Source of the DNA: an uncultured Clostridiaceae bacterium
Lineage (GTDB): Bacteria > Bacillota > Clostridia > TANB77 > CAG-508
Direction of reading: 5' to 3'
Assembly (NCBI GenBank): GCA_946998225.1
Contig: CAMPYH010000001.1
Coordinates: 162,428 to 226,427, forward strand
Length of the DNA: 64,000 nucleotides
Shown: piece after piece, positions 39,203 to 47,770 of the stretch
Numbering within the stretch: position 1 is the stretch's first letter
Layout of the letters: every line of letters begins with the position of its first letter
The notes under the pieces: model-generated
What the model was told of the DNA's origin: nothing
The model's database searches: none
The model's input: only the letters and a program-made list of their open reading frames with translations
Position numbers and translations under genes: made by a program

Positions 39203-39575
39203 AACTAAATTAAGTATAGTTAAATTGATTATATAAGTCAATAAAAAGTGTTGTTTGTTATATGATAAAAATGGATGAGAAAATTCTTACAAATTAGTTC
39301 GAAGAAGATAATTACATTCAAAAAATATATGTTGATTATTTTAATGAATATGATAAAATACTTACAAAATTACTTCCATTAACGCTAAAAAAGTCTTAAT
39401 GAGAAGGGAAAGATTTACTATTCGGCGTGTCAGTTATTAAATTAAATGTACTTCGAAGATCTAATTAAAAAACATCCTAAATACAGATGTGGGATAAATT
39501 AATCATTTGTTAATTCTATTCAAAAAGAATATAGAAGCAAACGAAATATTAGAAGTTTTAAAAAGGAAATAAAAA

Positions 39576-39785
39576 ATGTTAGATAACGAATTAGAAAAGC
39601 AGTTATATATTTTAGGAAAAAATTTTTGTGATTATATGATGGAGAGCCCTAATGACGATTTTGATTACTATGAAGAATTAAATAAATTCATAGAAGAAAA
39701 TGCTTCTAATGAATTAAAGCAATATATGAATGAAATGGAAGAAGCACGTGAAGAAGCAAGAAAACAAGGAATAATATTGGATTAA
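39576..39785 (+). CDS. Small acidic protein (69 aa)
   Basis: ORF with RBS AAAAGGAAATAAAAA-ATG; DDFDYYEELNKFIEEN acidic/aromatic motif similar to the other small ORFs in this island. Confidence 0.45.
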   Translation: MLDNELEKQLYILGKNFCDYMMESPNDDFDYYEELNKFIEENASNELKQYMNEMEEAREEARKQGIILD

Positions 39786-39960
39786 ATTTAATACTTGTTA
39801 GTGTAAAGAATGAGAACTAAATAGAAGTGTAAATAAAAAACAAAATGTAAATTTAGTTTGAATTTAAAAAGGAAAATAGATGTTACATATCATAAACTAT
39901 TATGGAGTTACTAGGTAGGAAATGCTTTGTTGGTATTCTGAAAAGGTTTAAATAAAACAT

Positions 39961-40066
39961 AAAAAACAGGGCAAACGCCCCCTTCATATATACATCGGCT
40001 ATATATACTGCTCTCTTAGAATTAATCAAAATTAACCTAAGGTGGACAGGACGTTGCCCTTTTATG
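39961..40066 (-). ncRNA. Candidate ~105-nt small RNA on the minus strand (promoter, GC-rich internal pairing, terminator); no ORF
   Basis: On the minus strand: -35 TTTACT, 17 nt, TATAAT (plus 40074-40079). The transcript ends with GGGCGTTTGCCC plus TGTTTTTT (plus 39961-39982). The 5' AAAAGGGCAACG can pair with the 3' CGTTTGCCC. These are unusually GC-rich segments for an AT-rich genome. Confidence 0.3.
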
Positions 40067-40103
40067 CAAGTGAATTATAGCATTAATAAAACAAAAAGTA
40101 AAA

Positions 40104-40145
40104 GTAACAAAAAAGAGGTTCTAACGATACCTCAATTTTTGTTAC
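40104..40145. terminator. Bidirectional terminator (ends the tRNA-Lys-Glu-Thr transcript on the minus strand)
   Basis: GTAACAAAAA-[GAGGT-tctaacgat-ACCTC]-AATTTTTGTTAC nested hairpin with T-runs on both strands. Confidence 0.6.
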
Positions 40146-40151
40146 TTAATT

Positions 40152-40177
40152 TAACTACCGACCAACCACTGACCAAA
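40152..40177. repeat. 26-bp direct repeat DR2 copy b (TAACTACCGACCAACCACTGACCAAA)
   Basis: 24/26 identity with 39058-39083. Confidence 0.8.
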
Positions 40178-40220
40178 TCTTTTAAATATTTATATATCAA
40201 TGGTTTGTAGTGTTATATTA

Positions 40221-40296
40221 TGGAGCCACTGATCAGAATCGAACTGATGACCTACTGATTACAAGTCAGTTGCTCTGCCATCTGAGCTACAGTGGC
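40221..40296 (-). tRNA. tRNA-Thr (anticodon UGU)
   Basis: Reverse complement GCCACTGTAGCTCAGATGGCAGAGCAACTGACTTGTAATCAGTAGGTCATCAGTTCGATTCTGATCAGTGGCTCCA. Confidence 0.9.
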
Positions 40297-40298
40297 GA

Positions 40299-40373
40299 TG
40301 GTGACCCCTACGGGAATCGAACCCATGTCTCCGCCGTGAAAGGGCGATGTCTTAACCGCTTGACCAAGGGGCC
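40299..40373 (-). tRNA. tRNA-Glu (anticodon UUC)
   Basis: Reverse complement GGCCCCTTGGTCAAGCGGTTAAGACATCGCCCTTTCACGGCGGAGACATGGGTTCGATTCCCGTAGGGGTCACCA. It is separated from tRNA-Thr by only 2 nt. Confidence 0.9.
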
Positions 40374-40396
40374 AGAATACAAGCTTACGCTTGTAT

Positions 40397-40472
40397 TGGT
40401 GAGCTATCCGCGACTCGAACGCGGGACAACTTGATTAAAAGTCAAGTGCTCTACCACCTGAGCTAATAGCCC
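40397..40472 (-). tRNA. tRNA-Lys (anticodon UUU)
   Basis: Reverse complement GGGCTATTAGCTCAGGTGGTAGAGCACTTGACTTTTAATCAAGTTGTCCCGCGTTCGAGTCGCGGATAGCTCACCA. An 8-bp hairpin ATACAAGC-ttac-GCTTGTAT lies between Lys and Glu. Confidence 0.9.
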
Positions 40473-40485
40473 ATAATATACAAAA

Positions 40486-40523
40486 ACTATACAATATAAT
40501 TTTTGTAATGTCAATTAATTGAC
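40486..40523 (-). promoter_or_regulatory. Sigma-A promoter for the tRNA-Lys-Glu-Thr operon; the -35 element is embedded in a perfect 14-bp palindrome GTCAATTAATTGAC
   Basis: On the minus strand TTGACA(40509-14) - 17 nt - TATAGT(40486-91). The palindrome spans 40510-40523. Confidence 0.6.
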
Positions 40524-40647
40524 AAAAAAATATTCTTAAAATTAAGAACAATTATATTATAGAGATTAAGCAGACTTTTGTCAATGCTTTTTATTATTTT
40601 TATTTAAAATTAAGAAACTTTACATTTAGTCTGCTTGTAATCTTTAA

Positions 40648-40676
40648 TTGACATAAAATAGTAAAAAGTATAAGAT
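40648..40676 (+). promoter_or_regulatory. Putative promoter for rny, with a long 5' leader
   Basis: TTGACA(40648-53) then TATAAG/TAAGAT at 15-17 nt spacing. It is preceded by a 10-bp inverted repeat TAAGCAGACT...AGTCTGCTTG (40567-40636). Confidence 0.4.
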
Positions 40677-40760
40677 TTAATTAGTGTATACCACTAAAAC
40701 CGTAATGATTGTATTAAATATGAATATATAATTGTACATTGAAAAAAGATAGGAGTAGAA

Positions 40761-42461
40761 ATGGATTTTAAAATATTAATTTCTATTTTATTAACATTTT
40801 TATTATCTGCTGTTGTGTATATACCTATAGGTTTTTTTATTAGAAAGAAAAAAGAAAAAGAGCTTAGAGGAATAGCTGAAAAAGAAGCTGAAAGAATTAC
40901 TAAAGAAGCAAAAGAAAAAGCAAATAATATTTTAGAAGATGCTAAAAGAGAATCAGCAAACTATATTACACAAAATGAGTTGAATTTAAAAGAACAAGCA
41001 TTAAAATTAAAGACAGATATAGAGAATGAAATAAAAGAGAGAAGATCAGAAGTAGTTATACAAGAAAAACGTATAATTAAAAGAGAAGAACAATTAGACA
41101 GAAGAGAAGATAGAATAAGAGAAGAAATAGAAAAAGTTCATGAGCGTGAAGACGTATTAGATAAAAGAGAACAAGAAATAGAAATTTTTGAACAAAAACA
41201 ATATGAAGAATTACAAAGAATTTCAAAATTAAATGAAGAAGAAGCTAAAAAAGAGCTTTTAGAAAAATTAGATAAAGAATTAACTGCTGAAAAAGCACAG
41301 TTAATAGAAAAACAAATAAATGATATTAAAAAGAATGTAGATAAAGAAGCTAAAAACTTAATCAGTACAGCGATTGAAAGATGTGCTGCAGATCATACAT
41401 CAGAATCAACGATAACAGTTGTATTTTTACCAAATGATGAAGTTAAAGGAAAGATTATCGGTAGAGAAGGTAGAAATATTAGAACACTAGAACTTCTAAC
41501 AGGTGTTAACTTTATAATAGATGACACACCAGAAGCTATAACAATATCAGCTTTTGACCCTGTAAGAAGAGAAGTTGCAAGAGTTGCACTTGAAAAATTA
41601 ATTGAAGATGGAAGAATTCATCCAGCAAAAATAGAGGAATTTGTAGAAAAAGCAATACAAGAGGTAACAGATACAATTTATGAAGAAGGTGAAAGAGCAA
41701 TTTTAGAAACAGGTGTTGAAGACCTTCCAGAAGAGATAGTTGTTAATCTAGGAAAATTAAAATATAGAACTAGTTATGGACAAAATGTTTTAACACACTC
41801 AATAGAAGTATCAATAATTGCAAAAAGTATGGCTAATATGCTTGGAGTAGATGCAAATAAGGCTGCACTTGCAGGTCTTTTACATGATATTGGAAAAGCG
41901 TTAGATCATGAAGCGAATACAGTAGGAACACATGTAAGTTTAGGAATGGAACTTCTAAAAAAATACATTCATGACGATGTTGTTTTAAATGCTGTTGAAG
42001 CACACCATGGTGATGTAGAACCTGAAAGTGTTATTGCAGTATTAGTTAAGGCTGCTGATGCTATTTCAGCTTCACGTCCTGGAGCTAGAAGAGATGATTT
42101 TGAACAATATATTAAGAGACTTGAAAGTCTTGAAAAGATTGCAACAAGTTTTGATGGAGTAAATAAGGCTTATGCTATTCAAGCGGGTAGAGAATTAAGA
42201 CTTATTGTTGATCCTGAAAAAACACAAGATGCAGAAATGACAGTACTTGCAAGAAATGTAGCTGAAAAAGTAGAAAACGAAGTTGCATTCCCTGGACAAA
42301 TAAAAGTAACTATAATTAGAGAAAAAAGATGTCAGGATTTTGCAAAGCAATCTAAAGTAAATAGAAATGATGATGAAATAAAAATACAAGATGAAATAAT
42401 AAAAGTTAAAAATCAAAAAGAAAATAAAACTTCAAATGAAAATCAAAAAAATAAAGAATAA
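40761..42461 (+). CDS. rny: Ribonuclease Y
   Basis: N-terminal TM helix, coiled-coil region, KH domain (IGREGRNIRTLE) and HD domain (LLHDIGKA...HH). Confidence 0.95.
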   Translation: MDFKILISILLTFLLSAVVYIPIGFFIRKKKEKELRGIAEKEAERITKEAKEKANNILEDAKRESANYITQNELNLKEQALKLKTDIENEIKERRSEVVIQEKRIIKREEQLDRREDRIREEIEKVHEREDVLDKREQEIEIFEQKQYEELQRISKLNEEEAKKELLEKLDKELTAEKAQLIEKQINDIKKNVDKEAKNLISTAIERCAADHTSESTITVVFLPNDEVKGKIIGREGRNIRTLELLTGVNFIIDDTPEAITISAFDPVRREVARVALEKLIEDGRIHPAKIEEFVEKAIQEVTDTIYEEGERAILETGVEDLPEEIVVNLGKLKYRTSYGQNVLTHSIEVSIIAKSMANMLGVDANKAALAGLLHDIGKALDHEANTVGTHVSLGMELLKKYIHDDVVLNAVEAHHGDVEPESVIAVLVKAADAISASRPGARRDDFEQYIKRLESLEKIATSFDGVNKAYAIQAGRELRLIVDPEKTQDAEMTVLARNVAEKVENEVAFPGQIKVTIIREKRCQDFAKQSKVNRNDDEIKIQDEIIKVKNQKENKTSNENQKNKE

Positions 42462-42480
42462 TAAAAAATATAATATTATG

Positions 42481-42505
42481 AAAGAGGCCTAGCCTCTTTT
42501 ATTTT
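42481..42505 (+). terminator. Rho-independent terminator after rny
   Basis: AAAGAGGC-cta-GCCTCTTT followed by TATTTT. Confidence 0.8.
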
Positions 42506-42547
42506 AGATATTTTTAAGATAGTATATTTAGAAGAAAAGGAAAGAAT

Positions 42548-42817
42548 ATGTTAATTTTTTTAAAAATAATTTTAATAATAAATATATTAAGCGTTATTGT
42601 TTTTGCGATAGATAAAATAGCGTCTGTAAATAAAACATCAAGAGTTTCTGAAGAAATACTTTTAACAATAAGTATTTTTGGAGGAGCCATAGGATCAGCT
42701 ATAGGTATGCTACTTTTTCATCATAAAACAAATAAAAAAAGATTCACAAAAATAATTCCAATATGTGCTGTAATATATTTAATAGTTATTACTTATATTG
42801 TTTTTAAAATTAATTAA
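42548..42817 (+). CDS. DUF1294 family small membrane protein
   Basis: AIDKIASVNKTSRVSEEILLTISIFGGAIGSAIGMLLFHHKTNKKRF matches the DUF1294 signature (DK..A...R.SE..L......GG..G...GM..F.HKT.K). Confidence 0.75.
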   Translation: MLIFLKIILIINILSVIVFAIDKIASVNKTSRVSEEILLTISIFGGAIGSAIGMLLFHHKTNKKRFTKIIPICAVIYLIVITYIVFKIN

Positions 42818-42826
42818 AATTGAAAG

Positions 42827-43762
42827 GTGAGTATGAAAGAAGTATTAGATTTATTAATAATTGGAGCAGGTCCTGCTGGATTAACAGCAGCAATATATGC
42901 ATCAAGAACATGGATGAATTTCAAGATAATAGATAAAATGGGAGTAGGCGGACAAGTTGTAAAAGCAGATATGATAGAAAATTATCCCGGAGTTGGAAAA
43001 ATATCTGGAATTGATTTGGCGCTAAAGTATGCTGATCATTTAAATGATTTGGGAGTAAAAGTTGAATACGAAGAAGCTGCTAAAATAGAGGAAAGAGAAG
43101 AAAACGGAGAAAAAATTTTTTCTGTTATTACAAAATCAAATAAAGAATATTTAACTAAAAAAATAATAATTGCAACAGGAGTGGTTCCTAGAAAACTTGG
43201 AATAGACAAAGAAGAATTTTTCACAGGAAAAGGTATTTCATACTGTACAACTTGTGATGGTTTCTTTTATAAAGATAAAACAGTAGCAATAGTGGGAAGC
43301 GGGAAAACAGCAGTTTCAAGTGCAATATATTTATCTCAAATAGCTAAGAAAGTTTATATTATAAACAGAGGTGAAACTTTTTATAATGAAGATCAAGATG
43401 TAAAAACTATAAAAGAAATGGAAAATATAGAAATAAAATATAATTCAGAAATTGAAAAACTTCTAGGGACAGAAAAGCTTGAAGAAATTTTAATTAAAAA
43501 TAATGAAACAAATGAAGAAGAAAAAATTACATTAGATGGATTATTTGTTCTAATTGGAAATTTACCTAATTCCGAGTTTGCAAAAGATAAGATAGAAGTT
43601 TGTAGAAAAAATGAAATATATACAAATCAAGAATTAGAAACTACACAACTTGGAATCTATGCAATAGGTGATGTAAGACAAAAATATGTAAGGCAAATAG
43701 TTACTGCTATGTCAGATGCAGCAATTGTTATTGAAAACCTACAAAAAACTAAAAAACAATAG
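42827..43762 (+). CDS. trxB: Thioredoxin-disulfide reductase-like FAD/NAD(P) oxidoreductase
   Basis: FAD-binding GAGPAG at the N-terminus, redox-active CTTCDG, NADPH-binding GSGKTAV. Confidence 0.8.
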   Translation: MSMKEVLDLLIIGAGPAGLTAAIYASRTWMNFKIIDKMGVGGQVVKADMIENYPGVGKISGIDLALKYADHLNDLGVKVEYEEAAKIEEREENGEKIFSVITKSNKEYLTKKIIIATGVVPRKLGIDKEEFFTGKGISYCTTCDGFFYKDKTVAIVGSGKTAVSSAIYLSQIAKKVYIINRGETFYNEDQDVKTIKEMENIEIKYNSEIEKLLGTEKLEEILIKNNETNEEEKITLDGLFVLIGNLPNSEFAKDKIEVCRKNEIYTNQELETTQLGIYAIGDVRQKYVRQIVTAMSDAAIVIENLQKTKKQ

Positions 43763-43843
43763 TCTATAAAACCACAATTACCTTGAAATTATATATGTAA
43801 ATAGATATAATTAAAAATAATAATTCTTGAAAATGAGGTAAAA

Positions 43844-44374
43844 ATGAATGATATAATTCCTGATGAGGACAAAATAGCATATTCAGAAATTCTTTATCTT
43901 CTTGGTACTATGGATCAAAATTATGTACATAAAATACCTAGAGATTTGATAGACTTTTTTAATGAGGTGAGTCTTAAAGGATATAAAGTAGAAATAAAAG
44001 ATAATTTACCAAAATATACCGAAAACTTTAAACCATATACTATAGATTTGTTTAATGTTTTGAATTTAAATTTTTGGTGTGAAGATGAAAAAGAAAAACA
44101 AGATGCAATTACTTATCTTTTAGATAAGCCTGTTGAATTTAAATTAAATGAACAAATGGGAATTGCAAAGGGTACAGGTGGAAATTATTTTCAAGAAATA
44201 CTAGAGAATCAAAAACAAGAAGAAATAACTATAGATAATTTTAAAAAAGAATTTGAGGAAGTAGTTAAACAAAGAGAAGAAAAAAAACAAGAAGAATTAG
44301 AAAAAGCAAAAGATAAAGCAGAAAAAAAAGAGAATTTTTTTCAGAAAATAAAAAAACGTTTTAATAAGGATTAG
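43844..44374 (+). CDS. Hypothetical protein (176 aa), first gene of a 4-gene coupled operon
   Basis: ORF with RBS GAGG upstream; K/E-rich C-terminus. Its stop overlaps the next start. Confidence 0.5.
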   Translation: MNDIIPDEDKIAYSEILYLLGTMDQNYVHKIPRDLIDFFNEVSLKGYKVEIKDNLPKYTENFKPYTIDLFNVLNLNFWCEDEKEKQDAITYLLDKPVEFKLNEQMGIAKGTGGNYFQEILENQKQEEITIDNFKKEFEEVVKQREEKKQEELEKAKDKAEKKENFFQKIKKRFNKD

Positions 44375-45060
44375 TGATGGCGGTAGAAGAAAAAAACTCA
44401 AAAAGCAAGGTAACCATTATAAGGATAATCGTTGCTTTAATAATAATCATTATTGCACTTTCAGTTTTGTCTACAATGCTTAGTAAATTCAAAAAAGAAA
44501 GACAATTACAAAAAAGCACTGAATACAGAAGTGAAAGCAGTAATCAATATGTTAAAAGGCAAAGAGAATCGCAAAATGGTGCCTATGATATTGGTGAGAT
44601 AGACATACCAGATTTATTTGGTACAAGAGTGCCAATCGTAACAGAAGAAAGAAATAGAAATATACAAAATACAGAAAAAAATAAAAATATTAATAAAAAT
44701 ACAAAAGAAAAAACAATAACAGAAAGAGAAAATAGTAATAATATTTTACCAAAACCAAACAAAAGTGTTGAAGAATTAAGAAAGCAAACTTTAAATGAAA
44801 AAGATAAGCTTTTAAAAAAATATAATAATCAAAAAATAGCTAAAAACATTTTTGTTATAAAAATGATTCAAAGAATTACGTTTCCAATCTTAATATCAAT
44901 TTTTATACTTTCATATATTTATGAAATTGCATTTGGATTAAGAGCAAAGAAAAATTGGAAACATGGATTAAAAATAAGAATCATTACAATTATATTATTA
45001 CTTATTACTCAAGTGTTACCATACACATATTTTGTTATTATTAAAAATTGGGGGAATTAA
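44374..45060 (+). CDS. Hypothetical membrane protein (N-terminal TM plus C-terminal double TM)
   Basis: TM helices IIRIIVALIIIIIALSVL, FPILISIFILSYIYEIAF and IITIILLLITQVLPYTYFVII, with a hydrophilic N/K-rich middle. Its stop TAA overlaps the next ATG (TAATG). Confidence 0.5.
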   Translation: MMAVEEKNSKSKVTIIRIIVALIIIIIALSVLSTMLSKFKKERQLQKSTEYRSESSNQYVKRQRESQNGAYDIGEIDIPDLFGTRVPIVTEERNRNIQNTEKNKNINKNTKEKTITERENSNNILPKPNKSVEELRKQTLNEKDKLLKKYNNQKIAKNIFVIKMIQRITFPILISIFILSYIYEIAFGLRAKKNWKHGLKIRIITIILLLITQVLPYTYFVIIKNWGN

Positions 45061-47753
45061 TGAAAGTATTATTTGCAGTTAGTAATGAAAATATTTCAGA
45101 AGCAATAATAAAAAGATATAAAGAAAAATATAATGAATTAATAACATACAAAAATGTATATTATTTTAATGCAATAATAAAAGAGCTGCAAACTAATTGC
45201 ACATATGACAGAATAGTAATAAGTGAAGATCTAGAAGTTTTTTCTAGTTCTAATGAACTTTCAATAGATAAATTTTTATTAAATAAGTTAAGTAGAATTA
45301 TAGACGAAGGAAAAAATCCACAAGCTCAAAATACTCCAATAGTATTTATTTCTAGTGAAAAAAGAGAATTTGGATCAGATCAATTAAAAGAATATTATAA
45401 TCTTGGACTTTATGATGCATTAATTGGTAATGATAGAACAATAACAAAAATATGCGAATTATTAAAAAATCCAAGAACTAAAGAAGATGCTTTAAAATAC
45501 TATAAAATAGAAGACGATTCTAAAAAACAAACAGTAGATAATAATCCTGTAAGTACAACAGAAATAAAAAATATTTTAAGATTTTATAGGGGTATATCAA
45601 ATAATCCTGAAAGATATTCAGATACATTTGATAGAATTGTTGTTCAATATAATGATGAACAATTAAAATATATTATTCAAAAATTACCAATGACTGTAAA
45701 AATAGTTTTAGAACAACAAAACCAAAACTATAGAAATTTAATGGTAGGAAAATCTACTGAATCAAAAATAATTATTTCAAACGAAGTAAAAATGAATGAA
45801 CAAAAAGCAGAAGAAACAAAAGATATAAAACCACAAGAAAATATAAATACAAATGTAGATTTAAGTGAAAATAAAAATGAAAATGTGAATTTGAACGAAA
45901 ATAATGCTAATAAAAAAGATGAAGCTCAAGTTGAAACAAAAAAAGAAGAGCCAAAAGCACAAATAGTAGAAAAAACTGAAGTAAAAGAAGAAAATGTAGG
46001 AAAAAATACAGATTCTAATTCACAAGATATATTAGCGGAATTTAGAGAACAATTAGAAAATACAAGTGTAGAAGCTGGAGAGTTAAATAATAATCCATTT
46101 AACTTAGGATCAGATAAAGAAGAAACTAAAATAAAAGAAGAAGTTCAAGAAGAACCAAAAGAAATTCAAGAAGAAAAAGTTGAAGAAACAAAAGCACCTG
46201 AAGAAGCTAAAGAGATTGAAGAAAATATTAATTTGTCTGAAACAGATGATTTAATAGGAAATATAGATTATTTAAAAGAAGAAAAAGAAAAACAAGAACA
46301 AGCAGAACAAAAAGAGATTGGATACCAAAATAATGTCGAAATAAAAGCAGAATCTAATATAGATATAGACAATTTAAAAAATATAAATCAAGTAGATAAT
46401 AAAACATATAAAATTCCACAACTTGAAGAATACAAAGGTCCTAATAAAAAAATAGTAAGTTTTGTAGGAACTTCTAAAAATGGAACATCGTTTTTAGTTA
46501 ATTCAGTTGGAATGCTTTTATCATCAGTAGGATTTAATGTTGCAATACTTGATATGACAACAAACAGAAATAGTTATTATATAGCAACAGCATCAGATAA
46601 AGAATTAAAAAATAAAGCTTCAAACTGTTTTGAACAACTTCAAAAAGGCATAGCTGATGGAATAAGCATATCTAAAACACTTACTGTATATACATCAGAA
46701 CCAGATAATGGAAAGATATATACCGATGCAGAAAGTATGTATAAAACACTTTTAACTGAGCATGATTTAATTTTAGTAGATACAGATTTTAATACTAATT
46801 TTGGATTTTTTGCCGGTTCAAATGAAATCTTTTTAGTACAAAGTTTAGATATATTAACTATGCAAACATTAACAAGATTTTTAAAAGAATTAAAAGATGA
46901 AAATCTAATTAATAATGACAATATAAAAATAGTTATAAATAAAGAAATGCCGTTAAAAGGTGTTTCAAGAAAAATTATAATTGGAGGAATTTCAACATAT
47001 AATAATCCTTCAATGTCATATATGACAAAATTATTTGATAGAGATAAGGTAATTTCATGTGCTATACCTTTTGATCAAGTAGTATATCAAAATTATCTTG
47101 AGAATATTATTTATTGTAAATATGATATTTCTGGATATCCGAAAAAATTCATAGAAAACCTTAAAATATTAGTGGGTCTTGTATATCCAAGATATAAAAA
47201 TGGAAATCAAATAAATGAAAGAACAGAAGTATTAGATAATAATTTAAATATGGAAGATGGTAAGTTTCATTCATTTGATACTAATCCTAATTCAAACCCA
47301 AACCAAAATATAAATTTGAATATGAATATGAATTCGAATGTACAAAATAATATACCTAATGAAAATAAATATATAGATCCTAATATTCAAAATAATATAC
47401 AAAATCCTATGAAAAATAATATGAATTCAATGGACATGGGTGGTTTTTACGGATTTAAACATAGACAACCTGGACAAAATTACCAAGTAGATGCAAATTT
47501 TGGTAATAATGAATATGATTTTGAAACAAGATATAATTGGAATAATACAAATAATATCGAATATAATTATAGTCCAAATCAAAATTCAGGAACTATTCCA
47601 AGACGTGTAAACAATTATAAATATTATGAACAAAATCCAAATATGTTTGAATATTCTGGATTAAATAATGAAGATATGGAAGAAGATAAAAAGTTTTCAG
47701 GAAAAATAGCTGATTCACTAAAGAAAATGAGAGAAAAATTTACCAAGTTTTAA
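45060..47753 (+). CDS. Pseudo-receiver (REC-like) domain + K/E-rich linker + degenerate MinD/ParA-type P-loop ATPase domain (CpaE/TadZ-like architecture) + N/Q-rich prion-like C-terminal tail
   Basis: N-terminal MKVLFAVSNENISEAI...DRIVISEDL...IVFISS is a receiver fold lacking the acidic pocket. The C-terminal part has a deviant Walker A in the MinD position (IVSFVGTSKNGTSFLVNSVG) that lacks the P-loop lysine, and a ParA-like DLILVDTD. The last ~170 aa are N/Q/Y-rich (NPNSNPNQNINLNMNMNSNVQNN...). The start is taken at ATG 45060 after GGGGG. Confidence 0.55.
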   Translation: MKVLFAVSNENISEAIIKRYKEKYNELITYKNVYYFNAIIKELQTNCTYDRIVISEDLEVFSSSNELSIDKFLLNKLSRIIDEGKNPQAQNTPIVFISSEKREFGSDQLKEYYNLGLYDALIGNDRTITKICELLKNPRTKEDALKYYKIEDDSKKQTVDNNPVSTTEIKNILRFYRGISNNPERYSDTFDRIVVQYNDEQLKYIIQKLPMTVKIVLEQQNQNYRNLMVGKSTESKIIISNEVKMNEQKAEETKDIKPQENINTNVDLSENKNENVNLNENNANKKDEAQVETKKEEPKAQIVEKTEVKEENVGKNTDSNSQDILAEFREQLENTSVEAGELNNNPFNLGSDKEETKIKEEVQEEPKEIQEEKVEETKAPEEAKEIEENINLSETDDLIGNIDYLKEEKEKQEQAEQKEIGYQNNVEIKAESNIDIDNLKNINQVDNKTYKIPQLEEYKGPNKKIVSFVGTSKNGTSFLVNSVGMLLSSVGFNVAILDMTTNRNSYYIATASDKELKNKASNCFEQLQKGIADGISISKTLTVYTSEPDNGKIYTDAESMYKTLLTEHDLILVDTDFNTNFGFFAGSNEIFLVQSLDILTMQTLTRFLKELKDENLINNDNIKIVINKEMPLKGVSRKIIIGGISTYNNPSMSYMTKLFDRDKVISCAIPFDQVVYQNYLENIIYCKYDISGYPKKFIENLKILVGLVYPRYKNGNQINERTEVLDNNLNMEDGKFHSFDTNPNSNPNQNINLNMNMNSNVQNNIPNENKYIDPNIQNNIQNPMKNNMNSMDMGGFYGFKHRQPGQNYQVDANFGNNEYDFETRYNWNNTNNIEYNYSPNQNSGTIPRRVNNYKYYEQNPNMFEYSGLNNEDMEEDKKFSGKIADSLKKMREKFTKF

Positions 47754-47770
47754 ATAAAAAAAGGAGAATA

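Noticed and set aside
39961-40066. Tested whether the GC-rich segment matches SRP RNA, 6S RNA, tmRNA or RNase P RNA consensus features.
   Set aside because: It is too short (about 105 nt) for 6S, RNase P or tmRNA and lacks the SRP domain IV GGAA/AGCAG motifs. It is kept only as an unclassified sRNA candidate.
45800-46400. Apparent nucleotide periodicity (GAAGAAACAAAAGCA-like units) in the middle of the 901-aa gene; considered a tandem DNA repeat or mobile insertion.
   Set aside because: This is compositional low complexity encoding a K/E-rich linker, not exact tandem repeats. No unit repeats perfectly more than once.
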